Shown: positions 37,588-50,647, numbered from the stretch's first letter. The stretch is 64,000 nt of DNA from Phallusia mammillata (GCA_965637545.1 OZ281500.1:5332001-5396000); one strand, 5' to 3'. The notes: a model not told the origin generated them from the sequence alone. Translations and numbers: made by a program.

Positions 37588-39578
37588 TAACCTATATATA
37601 TATATATGTAGACTACTCAAGAAAGGACTACGAGTAAATGTTTTTTCGTCGATAATATACTGAAAAAGTACCATACAGTTTGGCATGTATAACACTTTTT
37701 GTCTTCCCAAAAAAGATGTAAACTACAGTAATTTTAGCAAGGCAACCGATAACAAAGAAAACTCAAAAAATAATCAAATAAATCAATTGTCGCGACCTCA
37801 ACACTGTGTGTTTTTTCTTGTGTATCGAAGTGTGTAAAAATGTTGTCGCCATTGCCTCTGTATTTTTTAAACATTCCCTCTTGGCAAGTGACTCCACAAA
37901 AGTGTTTGTTGGAATCCGCAATTGAAATAAAACATATAACACAACATCACAAACAAACAACCACAATAACATGACCTTTTTATATTAAAAACAATTTAAT
38001 GATTTGAATAGCAAACGGAGGGAATCACCAGGTCGTAGTGTCAGACTAGCAATATACAATACTGGCCAAAATGGAAGTTCTAAGTTCTTGTTCACAAGTT
38101 ATCGGAGCCAATCAAATCAAATGCTACGCTGCGTGAATTTATCCATCGCCAGACAAATTTGCCAAATTAAATGAAAAAAAGGACAATCATGATATATCAG
38201 ACAGTTTTTTGCAAATAACATTTCAATGCAAAATTCAATGCAGAAAGGAACAGTCAGGACAGTATAATCAATTGTTGTTAAAATCCTTTTGACTACCTTG
38301 GTAAACAGTCGAATATAGTTGCTGTAACTTAATTTATGGTTGTAATATTTGGTTGTTTTTGCAAAACCTTAAACTCTTGTGTCAAGTGAGATTGATGAAA
38401 TGAAGACATCCAGACGATTAGAACCGTAGAAAGCGGCTGGAAGGTAGGCGAGGACCAGTTTTGCTAAGATCATGGTGGAAGCGTTACAACTTTATGGTTG
38501 TTATAGTTAGTGTACCAGTGACCTTACTTACGCGACCTTACCTAAGGACCGTGCAAGCGTAAAAACACAGTCACAGAAAAATGTGTAAAACGATTGCCCA
38601 GGCTTGAAAACATACCGATTGTTTCGTCGGTACATCATTTTCGCAAACTGCTTGACATGTTGTTGTGCATTAGATAAGAATGCTTGGGAAAAAATCGTTC
38701 TTGCGCTATGGTACATATTACGTCAAGACAGCGCAGTTCACAACAATCGTGCCAAAGAGAGTCCTTCAACTTATTTGCACAATAAAACGTTGGTAATTTT
38801 ATCTTCATGGGAGTCAACATTGGCTACACTTAAAGCTCCAGTCAAACATACTTCACCTTCCATGAACCTTTAACACCAGGACCCGAAATGTTTGCTAAAT
38901 TTCGACAACGCAGCATTTCTCGTCCCGTGTTTATCACCACAAATGTTGGCACAGGGTTAAAAATAGAAAACAATTCACCTCTGAAGGAGTCATTACGGTT
39001 GCAGCTTAGAAAAACAATTTTACACAAAGAGAAACGTGGCACATATTGGGTAGTCTGTTTGTTTTGTGTGTGTGGTTAGTTCACCCTACCTGAGCAGCTG
39101 TGCACGATATGTTTAATGAAATAAAATCGACGGTGTGCGGTTTAATTTGTTATGCACCACTTATTTGGCAATTTTGTACAGCTAAAAACGGCAAATAAAA
39201 TTAAAAGGTATTTTAATTTTATCGACTATATGTGGCAGTGTATGTAATATGTTACATTCCTTTTGAAAGTGTCGATGATTTTAGATTCCTTTGTGAACAC
39301 CTCTGTTACCTTATCACTATTGTCAGATCAAACAACGTCACGAACGTATATGTCATGTTTGAACAGTTCCATCAACGACACGAGCCTTGTTTGGTCTAAA
39401 ACCCATGTGGTAACCAATTGAAACAATCCCACGGATGAACCAAAAAACTTTAAATTTTGCAACAACATGTACCAAGAAAGGTCTATAAAAACGTGCATGT
39501 CAGTTTGAAAAACTGTCAAGGTAGAGAGTTGGTAAGCGAAGCAGGAGAAAGAGAAAAATAATTCTGGGTCGATCAGAT

Positions 39579-41409
39579 ATGGGTTATTTGTACAATATTG
39601 TCAGTTTTTTGTGCCTTTGCGCCGCTATGCTTAGCGGTGGTTATTCACAAGGTTTGAAAGTGATTCCTTTTGATCCATACTCATCGAGCGACCTGTCTAT
39701 TTGTCAATGTCCAGATATCAATGACTTACAAGACGCGGTAGCTGAACTGCAGCAAAGACTTGACATGTTGGAAGGTAACAGAAAATATAATACTGATTAG
39801 GAACACATCAGGATAACAACACGCATATTTAAATAAAGCTTTCTAGATCGTCTAAAAAACACGACTTGTGAGGAAGTTTGGAAAAGCGGAGTAACCGAAA
39901 GCGGAGTTTACACGATTTATCCCTTCCATGATCGCAGCAAACCGTTAGATGTATATTGTGACTTTACCACTGATCTGCAAAGTTGGATGGTAAATTAGTG
40001 ATATTTATTGCAACTTAAGTATACCCCAACTTAACTTACAATTAGAAAGAACACAGCTAAAATCTACTTCTAGACATTTCAACGCCGAATGGACGGATCT
40101 GAAAATTTTTATCGGTACTGGGACGATTATGTGAATGGATTTGGAACTATAAACAGAGAGTTTTGGATGGGTATTACTTTTATCCAGCTGTGAAACGTGA
40201 TTTTTGAGATCTCGCTGGATAGGTCGTGGGATATCATCATGAAACAGTATTCGACACTTCACAAAGGCGTATTTTACACACTGACAAAATTTTTTTAATT
40301 TACAAATATTTAAGAATAAGACGAGTTGTAGAGGTAACGGCAGGGTACCCTACAGACAACCTTAATCGGATGGAAAAAACTAACAACTGCATTTAAATTA
40401 TTGTTATATTTGGTAGCAGTTTAACAAATGCAAGACCAGGGACGTTTATTACAGAAAACACTTCGGTCGTACCTCTTCGTTCTAACGGCCCAATTTTTAT
40501 ATGCACAAAAATACCATTTAACGAATACAACATGTCCACCCCCACGACTAATGTATATCGATCACTGTTACAACCTCTGTGAAAGAAAAACTTTTTTATT
40601 TATGGCCTGTAAAATTTTCGTCCACTCCCAGGTAACCACTAACAAAACGTGAACTTTAAAGCAACATTATTTGGTAACCATGCCAGAAACGCAGGTAATG
40701 CGTTTTCAGCAATTTCGTTCAACTTATATTATCAGGACTCTCTGAAAAACTGACTAAAATATGTGTGCGCGTGTTTTATGTTGTTGTTTTTTTGCACAGG
40801 TTTGGAAACTCTGCATCAACTAACATCAGAGCGAGAATATGAACTCAGAGTAGACATGGAAGACTTTGAGGGGGAAATCAGATACGCGAAATACAGGTTC
40901 TATACTCAAAGTTGTATTGTGTGCAATTAAGTTCCACTATTTTTCGGAAATTGCCTCTACACACACACCAAACAAAAACGTTTTTGTGGTTTGTTTAGCA
41001 CATTCAAAGTGGGAGGTGGGACACAGTATACTCTTCAGGTGTATGGATATTCTGGCAACGCAGGTTTGAAACATATTTAGACTCCTAAATTAACAATTTG
41101 CTTTAATGCGCTTAGCAGCTAGGTATATGCCACAACTAAAATCTAACGTTACACGTTTTAGGCGACAGCATGTTTTTCCACAATGGAAAGAAATTCACCA
41201 CAAGGGACAAGGACCAAGACAACAGTCCACACAGCTGTGCATCGGAGTTTCAGGGAGCGTGGTGGTATGACAATTGTCACAGCTGCAATCCCAATGGGTT
41301 ATATTTGGCAGGGCACCATGACTCTTATGCTGATGGAGTTGAATGGGGGGAATGGCATGGGTTTCATTACTCGCTTAAAAGAATTGAATTTAAAATTAGA
41401 GTTAAGTGA
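39579..41409 (+). CDS. FReD lectin gene F (class 2), 281 aa, intact
   Basis: Exons: 39579-39774, 39847-39989, 40074-40170, 40800-40896, 40999-41063, 41162-41409. All GT-AG, open frame. Confidence 0.93.
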
Positions 41410-42090
41410 TAAGATGTTTCTACGCCTTAATGTGACGTTAAATTGGTGTCGATTCAATAAATGAAGTAAAACTGAGTTGTCGTGCTTGTTTAACTGACAA
41501 AATCGTAAGTAGTCGCAACCACAACAACAGTTTTTTAAAACATTTTAACTGGAATGTGCGCTTAGGTTAAACTTTTATAAATCTCTACGGATCTGTGTTC
41601 TATCAAAAAATAACAGCTTTAGTTTTAACATTGTTTAATTTAAAAAAATGGCAGCCAGGTATTTGAATACAATTCCAACAGTCTCTGATTATGCATGTCT
41701 GATTTCGTAAAACAGTTGATTTGTTAAATTCCATGCCTACTACGTGAATTGGAATGCTCAAGAGGTTATAGTATAAAAAAGTTAACCAATCAATTGCAAT
41801 TTTAATCGATGCGACGTTTTAATGTTATTTTAAGCAACCATGACAATAAAACGTACCTGTAAAAGTTCGATATGATTGTTTTGCTCTTTCATCTAAACAT
41901 TGTGAAATTTTTGAAACAATTTAAGTGATCCGAATGCTTATTATTGTTCAATTTCAAACGTTTTGCACCTTTTCATAAATAAGAATACAGAAATCGATAA
42001 ATTTAAAAACCTTAGCGTTTCCAATCCTTAAAAAACATCAAAACAGCATAACCATATATGTATTGGATCACAAGCCATGTGTATTTGACC

Positions 42091-42140
42091 CATAGGCGCC
42101 GACTTTAAATTTTTTCCCGGGTATGCCATAAATATGATGT
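42091..42140. mobile_element. Left end of a CATAGGCGCC-type element
   Basis: CATAGGCGCCGACTTTAAATTTT matches the terminus of the 24295 element; no clear right TIR found. Confidence 0.45.
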
Positions 42141-43339
42141 CATGAAATACCAACTTCATTTCCTGTCGCTATATATGATGAGACTACGTTAAAGCTTGCA
42201 GTATATAAGTTTACACACCATATTCCACTGCCAGGCCCTTCTGCTAGTGTTGCGATTGAACGCATGTTTGTGCGCAGTAACGCGGTAACATTACAAAAAA
42301 TGGGACCCACTTGCCGAAATTACGGGGATGCCGAACAATAAAGATACAAAAGATTTAGGTCGGACGTCACCTTACGTCGCAAATTACTATAGCCTTTAAC
42401 ATTTATTTTCTCTGTAAAAACTACTACAAAAATGCTTTGTTTTCACGCAACAAAGCCCACACACTTCTGAACTAGCCACAGTCGTTGTTTTGGCGTCCAC
42501 GGCAGTTAAAACAAAGACTGGACTGTATTCTTAAAATTTAGTACACAAAGCTAAACTTTTTTTATCACGTGGTTGTTAACGTATAACCCGGGGCAGCGGA
42601 ATTCCTCCTTTCTCCCCTAAGAGAGCGCCAACACCTACGTTTATTCTTTTTACCACCCTTTAATGTTCAAATTCCTATGATTCTTGAAGACGTTACAATT
42701 GTCATGATTGTTAATTAATGCGAATAATTCATGGGTTGTGAAACAATAACCGCGATTGAAATCAATTGTGAAAAATTGTTATTGGTTCGTATCAGAACAA
42801 TTTTCACAAAGCATGTAACGCATGACTAACGTCGGTCCGATTCTCGAGTAGGCGGCATACCCGAGGTTTTAGACAGATTTAATAACAAAGCCCCAACTCA
42901 CATCAGAGAGAACACAATCTTGCAGCTATACGATCAGCTGCGTTTTATGTAGCCACGATCTGCTCCGCAACAACAATATTTCAAAGTTTATCACAGCAGA
43001 AACCAAACTTAATCGTAAAACTAGTCGTAAACAACTTAATACCTCAGAATTCCGCGTAACATTAAAACTTTTCCACAGTAAAAGCACAACCAACAATGAA
43101 AGTAGGCAAGTTAAAACATCACAAAGGCAAATAGGTACAAAACGTATTTTATCATGTGAGACAACTGCGATTGCTTTTATCCCATGGTTACTATCCCAGC
43201 TATAAACCCTTTTATAGCTGTACAAACATACTCTTCACTAACAAGTGTGTTTTTGATGCAAACAAATCAAACCATAAAGGCAAGCGAAGTTAAACGCACT
43301 TTATACAATAGCGGTTAGATTGAGTGCTGTAGTTTAGGC

Positions 43340-43430
43340 CAGGGGTCGGCAATCGTTTTGTTCTGCGGACCGTAAACTGCAATTTTTATCACGGACCAGC
43401 CTTCAACAAAAAGCGTTTCAATGTGCAGTT
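43340..43430. mobile_element. hAT MITE fragment (family of 12927 element)
   Basis: CAGGGGTCGGCAA...TGCGGACCG left end only. Confidence 0.7.
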
Positions 43431-43476
43431 TCTTCACCACATAAACATATTATATTTTGTTTTAACAGCATACACA

Positions 43477-44417
43477 ATGGTTTACTTGCAAACTATAGCT
43501 GTTTAGTTCGCCATAACAGGCGTTTCCTTGGCAGAAGAAACCACAACAATAGCAATGTCCAACGACACTTTAAGTGAACGTTCGTCGTGTAGCTGCGCGG
43601 ACTTAAACAACCTGCAGAATGTGTTAGAAGAAATGCAGAAACAGTTTGAAAAAATGGAGCAACGAGTTGACGGGTTGGAAAAAAAAAACTTGTTGCGAGT
43701 TTGTCAATATAGACTTTGAGTATAACTAAAACAACATGTAGATATTATTGAAAAAATATGTTAAAGCAAATAAGTTGGTCTTGGCTTTTAAATAGATATT
43801 GATATAAAACAGATAGGCTACATAAGATTAATAAATAGCTACTAATTTGGTCTTGGCTTTACAACAAATTGTATCAAATAATATTTTGGACCTGCAGCGT
43901 TGTACGACATTTTGTAAACCCTAGTTAACGTTAAGTCCCATTTATCATTGCCTGATAACTTCTATGGGGAGTGGCATATACCAACACCAAATAAATAATT
44001 GGGGGGGAAATAAGTAATGAAGAAACCTAAATATGTCAATGACATTAAAATTAGTTCATAATTAAAACCTCTCAACGCACATGCAAACCTGCTTATATAT
44101 CTCATTTAGTAACATACATGTAAAAATTAAATTTAGGCAAGACATTAAACTCGGTCCAAGACGAAAAAGCACCGATTCCATCTGAAAATCTAAGACACAA
44201 AACTTTTTTTCTTTATATACAACGTATATAACGTTATATACAAAGGTTATATACAACGTGGCTATCGTTTGTAGATCTTCACAAAAACACGACCTGTGAG
44301 AAAGTTTGGAACAGCGGAGTGACAGAAAGTGGAGTTTACACGATTTATCCTTTCCATGATCGCAGCAAACCTCTTGATGTGTATTGTGACTTTACCATTG
44401 ATTTACCAGGATGGATG
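43477..44417 (+). pseudogene. Truncated FReD pseudogene G (class 1; exons 1-2 only)
   Basis: ATG at 43477. TGG>TAG at 43504-43506. The exon-1 donor is replaced by an A-run. Exon 2 at 44275-44417. No exons 3-6 follow. Confidence 0.88.
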
Positions 44418-44769
44418 GTAAGTGGCTACGTTGTCCATCAATTTGGAAGTTCAATTTTTACATACAACCAAACTTGCGCCTATTCAATTATATGGAAGCA
44501 AACAAGATACTTGAATGCTTTACTACTAATGGTGGCAGTACGGTATGCAGGGTTGCCATCGACTTGAAACCAAAAATAAGGACAACCGAAAAATTAAATT
44601 CTTATGCGAAACGAAACAAACGTTTTTGAACAAATCTTTGCATTTATATGAGCCATGACATAATATTTGCAATATTTTGGCCAGAAACAATCTGTTCCAG
44701 CAACTCATTGTTCGTAAAAAATACTAAGTGCATCTCACAACAGGCCAGGTCTAGGTTCTACTGTAAAAT

Positions 44770-47700
44770 ATCAGAACAATAAATGCGAATAACCTGACAA
44801 AAAAGACGGAGTAACTCTTGGTTTGACCTCATGATCTCACCTACACGGTATAGTTACAAATACGAAACCCAAGTAGTCCTAATTTATGTTTTCTGTGCGT
44901 TACTGATTAACGGTTGCAAAAACACATTCCAACCATCAGAACAAAACTTAATCATTTGTTTACAAACTTAAACGATGCAGTTGGGAATTGATAGGAACCC
45001 AGGGCGCAAAAACATCTTCAACAACCTTGTCATTTTTTCGCAGTATGATTTTGTTATTGGGATCACGGTAAGGTTAATTTATATGCTTCAAAGGTCGTAA
45101 GTAAGTTGGCATCAAGAGCAACATTCGCTACAACACACGTTAACAGTGCTGACAGTTACATGTCAATCAAAAAACTACTTTAGAAACCAAAACTTTAAAG
45201 TAAACTGCTTTTGAAAATCTATTATCAAATCAACTAAAATCGTTGTGACCGAAGATTGAGGTAAACCTCACATACATCAATCAAGTTTGGAGCCTAAAAG
45301 ACAAGACTCAAGACAACTAGTTTTATTCGCATAACTTCTGACAACTAAAATACTGCAACAATATACTGCAATTCAGTCACTTTTTTAGTGCTGAAGTACC
45401 CAAAATGTATTTTAAATTTTTATGTTTGTGTATGAGTCAAGTCCCTGTTTTTGCCAAAGATTGTGCAATTATTGGGCTTAAATTTAACACGGTGTGATGT
45501 ACCGAGATACCGATCAATTAAGAAACCCATTTTCATCGCTTACAATTAAAACTGGTAAAGTTAGTGTACCGTTACATGTCGCCCAAAAACGAAGTAAGTA
45601 ACACAAGTAAAGTACGTCACCTGTAAAAACAGTAGAGCTACTTCCACAGGAACTCACAACACGCCGGTTTGGGAATTTCCGGTAAGTGACGCAACGCAGC
45701 ATAGGTGTTTACGGGGACAACAATTGCTGATTCAGCAAGTTGCAACATGCTGATTCAGTAATTATTGTCACAACCCTTTCAAGTGCCTCGAACAGTAAAC
45801 ATAAATAGAACCCTGAATCATTGACCATATATTTTAAATGCATACATCGATAGTTTTACGCTAAGAGAACTCCGAACAGAGAGAAATTTCCAAAAAGTGA
45901 TAACCGTGCAAAAGAACCAGTTTACAATTTTACGACAGATAATTCAGCTGTTTACTATAAAAAGAACCACTTGCTGGACACCTATATAATGGCATAACAT
46001 CGCACTGTAACGTACCTATACTTAATGTGGCAAAAACGATATATGGTAACATTCTTCTGTTGTTAGCATACTAAAGAAACATAAAAGTTTTGTACAGCAA
46101 ACAAGAAATAGTTTTGCAAAAGTCTGTGCTAATGTTTAATGTTTCTTTAAGACATTGACACGTGTATTGTTGGATTTGGCACTAAAAATGTCCTAGCACG
46201 CAATTTGCTTTTGACATTGCATGACATCTTTTAAAATTACATTTATTACAGGCCGGGAAAAATTAGTTCTTTTGCCATCTGCTAAAATGTTTGGACCACA
46301 TCTATAAGTTTATCCAGCTGGTTTGTTCGTTTGACAGAAATAGACACTGACCAAACAAAAGTGGGGGTCGAATGCAGGTTGTGACAAACTGATAATCATG
46401 TTTAAACAAATATCTTGACTTAGCGCATAAACACAAAGAAACTGGCGCAATTTTTATGTCGAAAAAGCAAAATCTATCTGTATTTCTTTACCACAACTGC
46501 TCTCTTGAAAACATTTGGGGTTGAAAAAGTTATTACTGAGCTGACCAGGATAAACTTCGAAATACCAAGCAACGCTCTTTTTACAATGGTATTTTAACAA
46601 ATAGGGTCTGTATTTATCAATCAGAAAATATGAAATTTGGCAAATTTGATTGGGTCTAAACAAAATTTCATTTTATAAACAGCGCTGAAAATCGAAAGTG
46701 TTTGAGAGTTTGCTAGCTTAATGAGAGCTGGAAACGCGACTGTACATAAAATGTTACAACACAGTAGTGTTAAAGAAACTATTCACCAAAGTCCAGTTTG
46801 ACGCACGTTTACATTGGGACACATGGTAACCACTTAAAGCAGTCCCACGGATGTACGAAGAAATCTATATTTGCAACAACATATGGCATGTTTCAGGACC
46901 TGACGCCAAACAGTACCAAAATGTATTTGTTTTTTTATGCTTTACGTCAGAAATAGTACATAAAGAGCGTCCAACGCGGAATGGTTTAGTGTCTCGGGAT
47001 AGAGTTGTTAAGCAACGTTTGACAAAAAGAAAAGAATCTGTCTATGTGATAAAAGTTTCTAAAAGTATTGCAACCAAAAACGTAGCAGATATGAGTTCTT
47101 TGCAAATTGTGGTTAGTTTTTGTGCTGCTATGCTAAGCAGTGGTTATGCACAACGATCACAAATCGTCCCGTTCGATCCATACACATCGAACGATTTGTC
47201 TATTTGTCAGTGTCCAGATATCAACGACTTACAAAGCGAGGCGGCGGACATGCAGGAAAGACTTGACATGTTGGAAGGTAAGAAAACGATTACCCACATA
47301 ATTGCTAACATTAAATAAGAAAGTAAATTGAAAAAAAAACTAACAAAAACCAAAAACAAGAAATCGTTGCAAGTCGCAGCCCAAACGAATTTCTTAGAAC
47401 GGCTGAAAAACACGACTTGTGAGGAAGTTTGGAAAAGCGGAGTAACCGAAAGTGGAGTTTACACGATTTATCCTTACTTCGATCGCACTAAATCTCTTGA
47501 TGTTTATTGTGATTTCAGCATTGATCTACCAGGATGGATGGTAAATTCGCTAAATTATTTGCAATTCCAAAGCGTCCAACCAAAATTTAAATAATAACCG
47601 CAAATGGTGTGTTATGTTACGCAAAAAAATGTAACTTACTTTAGACATTTCAACGCCGAATAGACGGGTCTGAGGATTTTTTTTCTCTACTGGAACGACT

Positions 47701-49140
47701 ACGTGAACGGGTTCGGAGACCTGGATATAGAGTTTTGGATGGGTACGACTTATATCCGCCTGTAAAACATAAAATTCGTTAAATTTTGAGTTGACATCTT
47801 TTCTGCTTAGAAATAGATAAATACTATAGAGTTGGTATTTTTTTGTTCAGACATACAAAAATAATAAAATTACGATGAATTAAGACAAGTAAAAACCGGG
47901 AGTCACCCTGGAACTGAACCCAAACCCAGCACATACCGGTTCGAGCGGTTCATTTCATCGAACCCAAACCGCTAATTACGATTTCCTTACCAGAAAAATA
48001 TAACAGAAACCAATCTGTATTATATTTTCTACTTTTTTCAAAACAGCACATAGAAGAATAAGCGACATAACAGCTATTAGGCGGTAGCAATGCAAACAGA
48101 GCTCTTAACATACGAACTAAACAATAAAGTATGCTCAAAACCGATAAATGACGTAACACTGAATAATGACGTAAGCACAGTTATGTTGGGATCTAAGTTT
48201 ATTAGTTAGTATTGTTGTTATCCTACTATAAAACCACCAAACCCACCCCAACTCTAATAGCCCTACTGGTCAACATCTTATAGAATTGGCTTTTATGTGT
48301 TCGCATATGCTCTTTGCGCCATGTGAATCCTTACGTTAGCAGAATTTTTAACAATGGCAGTGCAAAAATAGAGGTGGTCCTATTAAAAAAATGACGCTCT
48401 GATGTCAGTTGGTGCAGAGGTTTATTAAAAAGTCTGTTATTGAGACTAAAATATTGCATTAACAGTGTATTTTCGAATATTTGCACAGGATTGGAAACTC
48501 TGCACCAACTGACATCAGAGCGAGAATACGAACTCCGAGTAGATATGGAAGATTTTGAGGGGGAAATCAGATTCGCGAAATACAGGTATCTACATTGGTG
48601 ATGTATTGGGATTGTTATCGAAATATACTCCCAAACGTTTCATATTGCATGGCATAAATTTTGTTTCCAGCACATTCAAGGTGGGAGCAGGAGTTGGTTA
48701 CACTCTCCAGGTCAATGGATATTCCGGAAACGCAGGTTTGATATACCCACGCCAGTATACATATTCAACTTTTAAAACAAACTGTAACTACCGTACAGGT
48801 GATTCAATGACCTATCAAAATGGAATGAAGTTTACAACAAGAGACAAGGACCAAGACAATAATCCAAATAATTGTGCCTCACAATACCAAGGAGCTTGGT
48901 GGTATAACTATTGCCACAGAACCAACCCAAACGGATTGTACTTGGCAGGACCTCATGACTCTTTTGCTGATGGCGTAGAGTGGAAAGCATGGCATGGACA
49001 ATATTACTCGCTTAAAAGAATAGAATTTAAAATCAGAACCAAGTAATGATGGTGCTTGTGGCAATAATAATTTATCAAGATAAAGATCGGTTAATTTCAA
49101 TCCCAATCAAATTAATTTGCCTCAGTAATAAATTACGTTT
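44770..49140 (+). repeat. Segmental duplication of ~21825-26800 (gene D region and upstream spacer)
   Basis: Long colinear matches, e.g. 22740-22925 vs 45514-45702, and D vs H upstream region, exon 1 and introns. Confidence 0.88.
47091..49046 (+). CDS. FReD lectin gene H (class 2) with +1 frameshift in an exon-3 T-run (recent pseudogene or assembly error)
   Basis: Exons: 47091-47277, 47398-47540, 47645-47742 (98 nt vs 97 in paralogs; T8 vs T7 in D), 48489-48585, 48671-48735, 48799-49046. All other exons are open. Confidence 0.8.
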
Positions 49141-49157
49141 TGGCGTTAGTAAAAGTA

Positions 49158-50647
49158 ACTAGAAGAGTGGCTTTCTGATATACTTCCATTTTATATATTC
49201 TATACGATATTTACCAATTTACTATACACATCATTTGATCTACACATATGATTGTTTTTGTAAACAAAAACTAATGGGTCCCCACACGCGTGTTTGTGCG
49301 GATTTACGGTAAACTAATGTTGCGGTGATTTTTAAATTCTTAAAACAAATTTTTAGAAAGCATTAACCCAACAATGAAAAATTTTGTTGTATTTTTTTGC
49401 ACTATTATTGTCATATAATTACAAAAACATTAAAAAAGAACGAAACAAATACTTTCAATTTAATCTCTTGCTTAACTTTGTTTCGTAAAACGAGTTTTTC
49501 ATTTAACTTTGTTTCGCAAAACGAGTACCATTGACATGTAGTAACCTTTTAGGATGCACACACCAAACGACTGTTTGACCTTTTGACACCGTTTTCAATA
49601 GCACGCCGTCCTTGGTGTTCAACAACACCGTTTGACCTAATTTATACATGCCTTGGGTATTTGATTCAAAAAAAAAAAAAACGCTACGTTATGACGAAAG
49701 AAAGTTCTGAACTGTGTTAGTAATACCTACTAATTGACCTTAAGTAACCCGTGGTCATGCAGCGGCCAACCTGACAACGAGCATTTAAAAAAACTTTTAT
49801 CTTGTAAAAAAGTCAAGTTTATTTTTTTATATTTAGTTTGTTTAACAAAGTTTTGCTTGACATTATACGAAACCGAAGCACGCTTATTAGGTTTAAATCG
49901 CGTCATATGTGTGAAACCTTTGCCGAAACTGAAAATGTGAGTGATAACTTAATAAAACGACATAGCATTGCTGTGCAAAACAGCTGATTTCTAATCACCG
50001 AAACGACGTCTCGTAAAACGTCTGTCCGACGTCAAGCTGAGCCTTCCCGCTCTGCCCTATTATTCGTAAACGTACTCTCTTGGGACTTCTGCCTACAGTG
50101 TCTTTCTTGACCAAACGAGCGTGTGTCGCTGGGTCATTCGGGGTCAAACTTCAGGTGGACCAAGTTCAGATTAATATTAAACATATGTCCAAATTTGAAT
50201 AAATTTGAAGCACTCTTTCTTTACTAAACGAGCGTTACAAACCAGCGTTAAAAATTTTACGTTTCGGGGGCCTGTGGGTGAACCGCTGGGTAACTTGGGG
50301 TCAAACTTCTGGTGGACCAAGTTTGGATTAATTTCTAACATATGTCCAAACTTCAATAAATTTGAAGCACGCTTTCTTCACTAAACGAGCGTTACAAACC
50401 AGCGTTAAAATTTTTACGTTTCGGGGGCCTGTGGGTGAACCGTTGGGTAATTTGGGGTCAAACTTCAGGTGGACCAAGTTTGGATTAATATCTAACATAT
50501 GTCCAAATTTGAATAAATTTGAAGCACTCTTTCTTGACCAAACGAGCGTTACAAACCAGCGTTAGACAGAAAAAAGAAAAAAGAAAAAAAGAAAAAAAAA
50601 ATACGGACAAAAACAATATGTGTCCCCTTCAGGGAAGGGGACCCATA
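49158..50647 (+). mobile_element. Helentron/HINE-like non-autonomous element carrying a tandem array (5' boundary inferred)
   Basis: The 3' end has an A-rich microsatellite, ACAAAAACAATATG, a 9-bp stem GTCCCCTTC-agg-GAAGGGGAC (50622-50642), then CCATAA. It interrupts the 3' flank that H shares with A/C/D. AAAAGTA occurs on both sides. Confidence 0.6.
50140..50565. repeat. 157-bp tandem repeat, ~2.7 copies
   Basis: GGGGTCAAACTTC units start at 50140, 50297 and 50454 and are highly similar. Confidence 0.93.

Larger units (their letters stand above)
26628..41500 (+). repeat. Segmental duplication of ~6696-21300 (FReD exon 6, class 1 pseudogene, spacer, channel gene, class 2 FReD)
   Basis: Offset ~19.93 kb with near identity for 6696-~11430 vs 26628-~31360, then declining identity. 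Homology persists through L1/L2, at 19130-19220 vs 38880-38970, and in genes C/F. Confidence 0.88.

Noticed and set aside
37588-37710. N-terminal 40 aa of the 451-aa RT ORF
   Set aside because: Lies beyond the TSD and TA microsatellite; flank sequence that is in frame by chance.
40650-40700. Extra exon-5-like GAAACGCAG|GTAAT in intron 3 of F
   Set aside because: Match is too short and there is no recognisable upstream exon sequence.
6696-41500. Whole duplication is merely two haplotypes joined by the assembler
   Set aside because: Most of the duplicated unit is too diverged (L1/L2 loop about one-third identical, C vs F distinct). It remains possible only for the near-identical 4.7-kb tract, as flagged in the findings.
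42215-42275. PLPGPSASVAIERMF as a hAT dimerisation remnant
   Set aside because: Only a weak motif resemblance, with no supporting flanking homology.
46851-47090. N-terminal extension of gene H (155-aa ORF)
   Set aside because: The homologous region in D is not open; the signal peptide starts at ATG 47091.
48555-49046. 163-aa single-exon ORF
   Set aside because: Read-through of introns 4 and 5 of H; the exon structure is fixed by paralog comparison.
50140-50565. CRISPR-like array
   Set aside because: Eukaryotic context, contiguous 157-bp units and no unique spacers.
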